The notes beneath the pieces were generated by a model. The model did no database searches, was not told the DNA's origin, and worked only from the letters and a program-made list of their open reading frames with translations. From Candidatus Poribacteria bacterium (lineage in GTDB: Bacteria > Poribacteria > WGA-4E > WGA-3G), in the NCBI GenBank assembly GCA_965205015.1, contig OZ242029.1:2432001-2496000 (forward strand): a stretch of DNA of 64,000 nucleotides. The letters run 5' to 3'. The position numbers and the translations under genes are program-made. Every line of letters starts with the position of its first letter. Positions within the stretch are counted from its first letter, which is position 1. Below are positions 1-7,672 of the stretch, piece by piece.

Positions 1-1
1 G

Positions 2-478
2 GCACCTTTTACCCTGAATCAATGGTATCACATCGCTTATCAGGCGGAAGGGAGGGAGACAGCAACCATCGTTAACGATTTCGTAGGCATCTTACCGCAA
101 AGAACCAAACTCGCACACGATCTCTCAGGTTTCAAGCGTCCAAAGGATTTTACACTCGGAGGATTTGGAAAGAAAATTGAGTTTCATCCCGGTTACTTTT
201 GGGGACCCTTTGCGGGATATATTGATGAGGTCCGTATCTCGAGCATTGCTCGTTACGATATCAATAAACGAGGTTTTACACCGCGCGGCACGTTCAAAAA
301 AGATCGGCAGACACTCGCGTTGTGGCATTTTGATGAACCGGGTGGAAGACGGATATTTTCGGATGCATCGGGCAATTCACATGATCTGGTCGGCGAAGGT
401 GGCGCGATGACCGGTATCCCACTTGCAGTCGAACCGCATGAAAAACTCACCACCACATGGGGACGGCTTAAGCAGTGA
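2..478 (+). CDS. LamG-like (concanavalin A-like) domain protein, 5'-truncated at window edge, with C-terminal AVEPHEKLTTTWGRLKQ motif
   Basis: Not in ORF track. Frame 2 is open from the window start: ...NQWYHIAY...FAGYIDEVRIS...LALWHFDE...DASGNSHDL...AVEPHEKLTTTWGRLKQ*. TGA at 476-478 overlaps the GTG of the next gene. Confidence 0.8.
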   Translation, partial: APFTLNQWYHIAYQAEGRETATIVNDFVGILPQRTKLAHDLSGFKRPKDFTLGGFGKKIEFHPGYFWGPFAGYIDEVRISSIARYDINKRGFTPRGTFKKDRQTLALWHFDEPGGRRIFSDASGNSHDLVGEGGAMTGIPLAVEPHEKLTTTWGRLKQ

Positions 479-1539
479 AATCTCTCAAAAAAGTTATCGT
501 TATGGGCGTTGTTGTTTTCATTTTTTCGCTTGTGCAAATAGAGTCCTTTGCGGGTCAGGGTTGGGAAGTAATAACGCAGCTCCCCACGAAGAGATACGCC
601 TTTTCTACCGCAGTTGTAGACGATAAAATTTATCTCATCGGTGGCAGCCTCTCTATAAACCGTGGGGGTCCCTTTGGGCTTTCAACCGTTGAGGCGTATG
701 ATCCGCAAACCAACACATGGCAGAAAGTCGCAGATATGCCAATACCACGCAATTATCCTGAAGTCGCAGTTGTTAACGGACTCATCTACGTCTTTGGGGG
801 ATCCAGCGCGAAAGACCGTAAAATTGTGAATATGAAATTGCCGGTTCGCGTAGAGGCGTACGATCCAGCGACGGATACATGGACCCGGAAAAAGGACATG
901 CCCGTTTCTCGTATCAACTTCGAACTCAGTGTAGCTGCCGAAAAAGTCTATCTTATCGGCGGTTCAACGGGCTTCGGTGAGGGGCATGAACAACGGATGG
1001 ACCGCGTTGACATCTATGATCCTGCCACCGATATGTGGGCGAAGGGTCCAAAAATGCCGACGCGACGTGAGCCCAGAGGTGTGGAAGTGGTCAACGATCG
1101 TATTTATGTCATCGGTGGCTTTGGATGGCCACCGCCAGTTGCCGGTATCGGGCGGGTGCTACAGACCATTGAAGAATATGACCCAAGCAGCCGTCAATGG
1201 CGGAAGAAGAAGGATATGTTAGACGTTAGGCGTGGGTTCTCGACGGTTGTTGTTGAGGATGAGATCTATCTAATTGGGGGTATGGACGAATTTCGCCAAT
1301 TTTTAGCGGCGGCGAGTGTATATAATCCACAGAAAGAGACATGGCGCGAGGGTCCCAAACTGCCAACACCCATGTATCCTAATGGAGCAGCAACGATCAA
1401 CGGCAATATTTATGTCTTCGGAGGTTTTGAAGCAGGTAGAGATTCTTCAGACGTTCTGGTATATGACACCGGCTTTCGTGCCGTCACGGCGAGGGATAAA
1501 CTGTCCACAAGTTGGGGTGAACTGAAAAAATCCCAGTAA
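475..1539 (+). CDS. Secreted Kelch-repeat beta-propeller protein with C-terminal WG motif
   Basis: N-terminal signal peptide (KSLKK + hydrophobic + SFA); six repeats of IYxxGG...VExYDPxTxxW; ends AVTARDKLSTSWGELKKSQ. Confidence 0.9.
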   Translation: MKSLKKVIVMGVVVFIFSLVQIESFAGQGWEVITQLPTKRYAFSTAVVDDKIYLIGGSLSINRGGPFGLSTVEAYDPQTNTWQKVADMPIPRNYPEVAVVNGLIYVFGGSSAKDRKIVNMKLPVRVEAYDPATDTWTRKKDMPVSRINFELSVAAEKVYLIGGSTGFGEGHEQRMDRVDIYDPATDMWAKGPKMPTRREPRGVEVVNDRIYVIGGFGWPPPVAGIGRVLQTIEEYDPSSRQWRKKKDMLDVRRGFSTVVVEDEIYLIGGMDEFRQFLAAASVYNPQKETWREGPKLPTPMYPNGAATINGNIYVFGGFEAGRDSSDVLVYDTGFRAVTARDKLSTSWGELKKSQ

Positions 1540-1816
1540 ACTATGTAATTATCGCAAAGTTTGGAAATATGGGAACACTTCAGGATAGGTTGATACCCCT
1601 GTCCTCCGCCGGCTGGGGCTCGTACCTATCCAGTTTATGAAAAAAAAAGAAATGTGATATACTGTTTCAGGTCAAGGAAAACATTATGCAGTAAATTATT
1701 TGTTTTCTTTTCTCACCTACCTCAGTGTGTTGATTCAATTGTTTGTGGGATAACTGATAACTTATGATGGAGATGTGGGGATAACCAAATCTGTTCGTGC
1801 ACCGTGGAGGATCCTG

Positions 1817-3784
1817 ATGGTGGAAAACGATGTTCAACTGATCCGTAGAATTTTGTCGGACGATGACGAGGCATTTAGTATCTTGGTCCAAAAGTACCAA
1901 AAGAGTGTTCATGCCCTTGTGTGGCGGAAAGTTAACGACTTTCACTATGCCGAGGAAATTACGCAAGATACCTTCTTCCAAGCATACAAAAAACTCTCGA
2001 CGCTCAAAAATCCCAACCAATTTGCCGGGTGGCTTTATGTCATTGCGAATCGACTTTGCATTAATTGGCTCCAACGCCACAAACCTGCGATGCAATCGCT
2101 GGAGGACACGCCTGTGGAAGAAATAGAAGAATCCGCTTATAACCATTATGCCGCGGAACAGCGCGAAGTCGAAGGCACCGAATATCGTTATGAAATCGCC
2201 CAAAGGCTGCTGTCCAAGCTCCCAGAGAGCGAACGCACAGTCATGACCCTCTACTACCTCGGGGAAATGACGGCGAAGGAGATTAGCAAATTTTTAGGCG
2301 TCTCAGTAAACACAATTACGAGTCGGCTGCGGCGGGCACGGGAACGCTTGCGGAAGGACCAAGAGCTCTTGGTTCAGGAAACCCTCGGCGGTGTGCAATT
2401 ATCCGCCAACCTCACCGAGAACATCATGCGACAGATCGCCGACGTAAAACCGACGCCGCCACCGGTTGCAAAGCCGCTCCTTCCATGGGGTGCTTTTGGT
2501 ATTGCGACGCTTCTGGTTGTCTTGCTGTTAGGTGCCACCGGTCAATACCTCGTCCGCTTTCAGAGACCCTATAGTTTCGAGGCAGCCTCCGAACCGACGG
2601 TTGAAATTATTGACACTTTTATCGTTCTTGATGTCGATTCAGAACCCGATGTACGGAACCAGATCGGACGAGCGACTTCCGCCGATAAAAACATCGGGAC
2701 AGGACGACAGACTTCTGAGACACCCTTGGTATCCGATACACAGGGAAATTCTCTCAGGTTTTCTGCGGCGCAGTGGGCGCGAAAAGCGGACATGCCAACC
2801 GCCCGGTCTGACTTTTCTACGTGTGTTGTAGATGGAAAGATATTCGTAATAGGGGGCAGTGCACGGCTCACAATACATGAAAGCGGAGACATGTCGCTTT
2901 CAACCGTAGAAATGTACGACCCTGAAACCGATACATGGGAAGAAAAGGCGAATATGCCAACAGTTCGGTCTGGTGTATCTGTATCAGTTGTGGATGGTAA
3001 AATCTACGCCATTGGCGGCTCAGAACAAAAGAAAATTACAGTAAAGATAGATGAGGTTACCCGCGGTTCCAGGATCGAGTCTAAAGAACTTCCAACTGTA
3101 GAAATGTATGATCCGGCTACGGACACATGGACCCAGAAAGCGGACATGCCGACCCCAAGGAAGACGAAGACCTGCGTTGTAGACGGCAAAATCTATGCCG
3201 TTGGTGGGTGGTTAACGGCTCATGAACAGTCGCAGTTAGAAACTGTGGAGATCTATGATCCAGCGGCGGACACATGGACAAAAGCCCAAAGTATGAACCA
3301 TGCGCGTTGCTCTGCAGCAATTAGTGTTGTGAACGGAGAAATCTATGCTATGGGCGGGCTAGGTTGGCCCCCGAATCGGGACCCGTCAGGTCAGTATCTG
3401 TCAAGTCTATATCTTTCCAGTGTTGAGGTGTTCAATCCAAAGACGAATCAATGGCACGAAAGAACAGAGATGTCTGTCCCGAAAGCGGATCACTCGACAA
3501 GCGCAATTGATGGCAAAATCTATGTCATGGGGGGTTACTTGCGGAAAGGTAAGGAATATAAAACCTTCTCAACAATTGAAATCTACGATCCCGCAATCGA
3601 TCGTTGGACCCAAGCGCCGGACATGCTGATTGGAAAATCGGGACATGCCACTGAGGTGATAGATGGGCAAATCTATATTTTTGGGGGAGGACCGCCTACG
3701 AGTGTCGAAGTTTACGATCCAAGAGCGGCTTCCGAGCGTGTCAATTCAGTAGGAAATTTTATGAAAACGGCGCGAACCCAGTAA
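1817..3784 (+). CDS. ECF sigma-70 factor fused to a TM helix and a C-terminal Kelch propeller
   Basis: Region 2 (AEEITQDTF...FAGWLYVIA), region 4 (LPESERTV...EISKFLGVSVNTITSRLRRAR), TM (LLPWGAFGIATLLVVLLLG), then Kelch repeats. Start moved to ATG 1817 after GGAGG RBS. Confidence 0.9.
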   Translation: MVENDVQLIRRILSDDDEAFSILVQKYQKSVHALVWRKVNDFHYAEEITQDTFFQAYKKLSTLKNPNQFAGWLYVIANRLCINWLQRHKPAMQSLEDTPVEEIEESAYNHYAAEQREVEGTEYRYEIAQRLLSKLPESERTVMTLYYLGEMTAKEISKFLGVSVNTITSRLRRARERLRKDQELLVQETLGGVQLSANLTENIMRQIADVKPTPPPVAKPLLPWGAFGIATLLVVLLLGATGQYLVRFQRPYSFEAASEPTVEIIDTFIVLDVDSEPDVRNQIGRATSADKNIGTGRQTSETPLVSDTQGNSLRFSAAQWARKADMPTARSDFSTCVVDGKIFVIGGSARLTIHESGDMSLSTVEMYDPETDTWEEKANMPTVRSGVSVSVVDGKIYAIGGSEQKKITVKIDEVTRGSRIESKELPTVEMYDPATDTWTQKADMPTPRKTKTCVVDGKIYAVGGWLTAHEQSQLETVEIYDPAADTWTKAQSMNHARCSAAISVVNGEIYAMGGLGWPPNRDPSGQYLSSLYLSSVEVFNPKTNQWHERTEMSVPKADHSTSAIDGKIYVMGGYLRKGKEYKTFSTIEIYDPAIDRWTQAPDMLIGKSGHATEVIDGQIYIFGGGPPTSVEVYDPRAASERVNSVGNFMKTARTQ

Positions 3785-3906
3785 AATAGGATTTGCGCAT
3801 TTCCCTTTAAATAAAGTCCCCTGATAAGAGGATTAGGGGTTCCTATTGACAACTGACCGCTATTTTCCAACCTCGCCTTTTTCTCAGCAATCCCCAGTTC
3901 ATTGAA

Positions 3907-4025
3907 TTATAGTAAAGTTTAGAATTAATTAGACACTTTAAAGAGGCGAGGATACAATCCTCGCCAGCGGCGGAGAGGATTGTTTCGCTAAGCAACTGTC
4001 TACATATTTTTCGACTTTACTATAA
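3907..4025. mobile_element. 119-bp MITE-like element, copy 1
   Basis: Perfect 12-bp terminal inverted repeats TTATAGTAAAGT/ACTTTACTATAA; identical to 20297-20415; internal hairpin GGCGAGGA-tacaa-TCCTCGCC. Confidence 0.85.
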
Positions 4026-4057
4026 AATTCAAATTTCTACCACCTTTTTCAAATTAG

Positions 4058-4084
4058 GCAAGTTTTCCCCGAAAAATTGTGTCT
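4058..4084 (+). promoter_or_regulatory. Putative ECF-sigma promoter GCAAG-N17-TGTCT upstream of ABC permease 1
   Basis: Conserved block shared with 6011-6037; spacing resembles the AAC-N17-CGT/GTCT ECF consensus. Confidence 0.5.
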
Positions 4085-4357
4085 TTGGTAATTGAAAGAT
4101 ATCGTGTATGATATTCAGGTGGGTTTACGCTTTGAATGCTACGTGTTACAATTTGAGCGGAAGCACGTAAACAACGCCTCCCTGAAGACCTTGCAGTGAT
4201 GTTACGAGTATAGATGACACCAAGAGCATTTTCAGAGAGCAGGATGGATGGCTACTGGATCCGCTTGGGAACCTTTCAAACACGGCGGTGTGTTAGTGGA
4301 CAGAGAATCGGACGGAAATGGGCACGCTATATCAATCAATTTAACGGAGAGACTTTC

Positions 4358-5800
4358 ATGTTAATAACCTTGATTCAGAAAGAGGCGATGCATCATATCC
4401 TGAGCGCACGATTTGTCGCGCTGCTGTTGATGTGTGTTCTGCTCATCCCGCTCAACTTCCATATCAATTACCGCCGTTATCTCCAACGCCAAGTTGACTA
4501 TCAAGAAACCGTTGAGAAGGAAAACAACAAGGACCTGGCAGAGCAACCTTGGAAACAGAGGAAGACGACAGACCCGAATCTTGAGGTTTCCAAACTGATA
4601 CTTAAGCCGACACCCTTAAGTGTATTTGCGACCGGTTTAGAATCTGCTCTTCCGAATTCCCTCGGTATGACACGCAATGGGATAAAGCGGGGCGAAGCGG
4701 CACTGTCTACCGCACCGATCGCCTTCCTTTTAGGGCATCTCGACTTTGTGTTTGTCGTCAGCACTGTCTTTAGTCTGCTTGCACTCCTGTTTACGTTTGA
4801 TGCAGTCGCGGGCGAAAGAGAAGCGGGAACACTTCGGATAACCCTTGCCAATGCGCTGCCTCGCGATATCTTCTTGTGGGGCAAACTTATCGGTGGATAC
4901 CTCGTCTTCATCCTCCCCTTCTTAACCTCCTTAATCATCGGCTTATTGGTGCTTGTCTGGCAGGGGTTCCCGTTGGCTGAACCCGACATCTTTCCGCGCG
5001 TCCTCTGTCTTGTCCTCGCCTCGTTGCTCTACATTGCGGTCTTTTTTGCGATCGGGGCGGTGATCTCGATCTATTTCGACAGTTCCAAGACCGCCCTCAT
5101 CGTTGCTTTTACCCTCTGGGTGTTCGCGGTCCTCATTTTACCCCGAGTTGGGTTTCTCGCTGCGCAAATCGTCGCGCCGACTTCAACAACAGCGGAGAGC
5201 GTCTATAGGGAAAAGGCAGCGAGACGTGCAGAAATGCGTCTCTCTCTCGAAACGAAAAGAGGCGAAATCATGGGTAGGATGATACAGGAATCTAATGCGA
5301 ATGCCCTACAGGGAGAGAAAACGACCGGCTTTTTTAGGTTAGATGAAGAATTTGTCGACAAAATGAATGAGGAGATGCGTCCTCTTGAGGAGGGAGCCCG
5401 GTTAAAATACAGAGACCTCGCGACGCAACTCGACAGGCGTTATCAACAGGAAAGGAAACATCAAGATGCAATCGGCATAAACTTTTCACGAATCACGCCT
5501 ACGGCTTCCTTCATCTTTCTGGCGACGGATGCCACACAAACCGGTCAGATGAAAAGAAACACCTACTTCCAAACGGGGACTCGTTACTATGAGACACTTG
5601 ATACGGAAATGTTCAGCAAAATGTCAGAGGCGGCTCTTATCCAAGAAGAAATTCCGGACCCGATGCCACCGCCGCTGCTCGCTGAGTTAAACTTAGCGGA
5701 GACACTCCAGCACGCCGCCTTGGACGCGCTGCTCCTCTGTTTTTTTGCAATTGCGCTAACAACCGTGGCGTTTCTGAAATTCTTTAGATTGGATATTTGA
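4358..5800 (+). CDS. ABC-2 type transporter permease
   Basis: FDAVAGEREAGTLRITLANALPR...GKLIG ABC-2 signature; multiple TM segments; start at ATG 4358 after GGAGA, by alignment to the paralogue. Confidence 0.85.
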   Translation: MLITLIQKEAMHHILSARFVALLLMCVLLIPLNFHINYRRYLQRQVDYQETVEKENNKDLAEQPWKQRKTTDPNLEVSKLILKPTPLSVFATGLESALPNSLGMTRNGIKRGEAALSTAPIAFLLGHLDFVFVVSTVFSLLALLFTFDAVAGEREAGTLRITLANALPRDIFLWGKLIGGYLVFILPFLTSLIIGLLVLVWQGFPLAEPDIFPRVLCLVLASLLYIAVFFAIGAVISIYFDSSKTALIVAFTLWVFAVLILPRVGFLAAQIVAPTSTTAESVYREKAARRAEMRLSLETKRGEIMGRMIQESNANALQGEKTTGFFRLDEEFVDKMNEEMRPLEEGARLKYRDLATQLDRRYQQERKHQDAIGINFSRITPTASFIFLATDATQTGQMKRNTYFQTGTRYYETLDTEMFSKMSEAALIQEEIPDPMPPPLLAELNLAETLQHAALDALLLCFFAIALTTVAFLKFFRLDI

Positions 5801-6010
5801 GGAAGAAACGTTACAGGGACGGTTATTCAGTTTTCCATTAGGAACGATCTCTAAATCGCGAGTCCTTTGTCGTCGCGAGCGCCAGCTTGCGACGTATCCT
5901 ATAATCCCACAGCAATCTGAAAACTGAAGGGCACCCTTTTCTTGCCCACGCCCCATGAATTAGTCCCATCCTCCGCAAAATCTAATTTTTTTTATTTTTT
6001 TTCAAATTAT

Positions 6011-6037
6011 GCAAGTTTTCCGAGAAAAATTGTGTCT
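6011..6037 (+). promoter_or_regulatory. Putative ECF-sigma promoter GCAAG-N17-TGTCT upstream of ABC permease 2
   Basis: Same motif and spacing as 4058-4084. Confidence 0.5.
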
Positions 6038-6159
6038 TTAATGACTGAAGGACATCTATACGGTGTTTATAGTAAAGTGGAAAAATATATTTGACCTTTT
6101 AGATAGCAGCCGCCCCGTCGGTCCCGCCCACAACGTCAAAGTAAATGGGAGATACGCTA

Positions 6160-7590
6160 ATGTTAATGACCTTAATTCAGAAAGAGATGATGCATCACAT
6201 TCTGAGCGTCCGATTTGTCGCGCTCCTTTTGATGTGTCTCTTGCTTGTTCCGCTTACCTTGCATATCAATTACGGCAATTATCGCCAGAATTTAGTGGAT
6301 TATCAAGAAGCCGTTAAACGAGCGAACCTTGAAGAGGCAGAAGTGAACCCTATGTCGCCCCCTGAGCCGGAACAGGAAGTTTCCAAACTTTTCCTCAAAC
6401 CGACCCCTTTGAGTGTCTTCGCAAACGGATTGGAGAACGTGCTGCCGAGTTATCTCGGTATGACCCGCAACGGAATTACACAGGGGCCCGACGCTTTAAT
6501 CGCCTCACCCCTTTCCTACCTGCTGGGACATCTCGATTTTCTCTTTATCATAGGTACAGTTTTCAGTCTGCTGGCGTTGCTGTTTACGTTCGATGCCGTT
6601 GCCGGGGAGAGAGAAGCAGGGACGTTGCGGATTACCTTAGCAAACGCTCTCCCGCGCGACTTATTCCTATGGAGCAAGTTGATCGGTGGATACCTTGTGT
6701 TTGTTGTTCCGTTCTTGGTGTCGTTTGTCTTCGGTTTACTCTTAATCGTTTGGCAAGGCTTTCCGCTCGGTGCGTCCGACATCTTTCCACGAGTCCTCAG
6801 TTTAACCCTCGTCTCCTTGCTTTATATTGCTGTGTTCTTCGCGATAGGGACAGTGATTTCCATCTACTTGGATAGCGCCAAGACAGCCCTCATCGTCGCC
6901 TTTACTGTCTGGGTGTTTGCCGTGCTGATTACACCACGCGTTGGGTTTCTGGCAGCCAAACTCATTACGCCAACACGAACGCCGCAGAGCATCTATATGG
7001 AGAAAACAGCCATGCGAGAAGATTTCAACGCAGTGCTCGAAAAGGAAAAAATGAAAATAATGTCCCAGCTCGAATGGGACGAGATGACAGATGAGATGGG
7101 CCGCAGAATTACACTCATAATACCCGGAGGGAAAAATGCGGAAAAAATCAATGCGCACATGGAACCGTTTGAAGAGGAATATCGCTTGAAATTCCAAAAC
7201 CACTCTGATAAACTCGACCGAGATTACAAACGTGAAACAGGACGACAAGAGCAAATCGGTGAGACACTCTCCCGAATGACACCGACATCTTCTTTAATCT
7301 ATCTCGCGACGAACTTGACCCAGACTGGAAAGGCAAAAAGAAGCGACTACTTGCAAGCAGGAAATCGCTACTGGGATAGGCTCGACACGGAGGTGTTCAG
7401 CAAAATTTCAGATCAGACCTATAACAGACATCACCATGAAGGTGTCAAGGTCACACAACCATCCCCTTTAGAGACAATGACCTTAGGCGAGACATTCCGT
7501 CGATCGGTTGTGGATGTGTTACTCCTCTGCTGCTTTGCTGTGGTGCTAACAACCGTGGCGTTTCTGAGATTCTTCCGTACAGATATTTGA
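6160..7590 (+). CDS. ABC-2 type transporter permease (paralogue of 4358-5800)
   Basis: Same ABC-2 signature and near-identical N- and C-termini to the upstream paralogue. Confidence 0.85.
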   Translation: MLMTLIQKEMMHHILSVRFVALLLMCLLLVPLTLHINYGNYRQNLVDYQEAVKRANLEEAEVNPMSPPEPEQEVSKLFLKPTPLSVFANGLENVLPSYLGMTRNGITQGPDALIASPLSYLLGHLDFLFIIGTVFSLLALLFTFDAVAGEREAGTLRITLANALPRDLFLWSKLIGGYLVFVVPFLVSFVFGLLLIVWQGFPLGASDIFPRVLSLTLVSLLYIAVFFAIGTVISIYLDSAKTALIVAFTVWVFAVLITPRVGFLAAKLITPTRTPQSIYMEKTAMREDFNAVLEKEKMKIMSQLEWDEMTDEMGRRITLIIPGGKNAEKINAHMEPFEEEYRLKFQNHSDKLDRDYKRETGRQEQIGETLSRMTPTSSLIYLATNLTQTGKAKRSDYLQAGNRYWDRLDTEVFSKISDQTYNRHHHEGVKVTQPSPLETMTLGETFRRSVVDVLLLCCFAVVLTTVAFLRFFRTDI

Positions 7591-7672
7591 GGAGAAACAG
7601 TGACGTCTTTAACTCACTTTTACGGAGAATGTTAAGATAACCAAACCTCTTCATTAATCACGGAGAATCCTG

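Noticed and set aside
1545-1700. Riboswitch or MITE upstream of the first sigma gene
   Set aside because: Only a short GGATAGG/CCTATCC stem; no recognisable family or repeat copy
1667-2203. 178-aa antisense ORF as a possible anti-sigma factor
   Set aside because: Shadow of the sigma coding strand, with no recognisable motifs
475-3784. Diversity-generating retroelement acting on the Kelch genes
   Set aside because: No reverse transcriptase and no TR/VR pair with adenine-specific differences was seen
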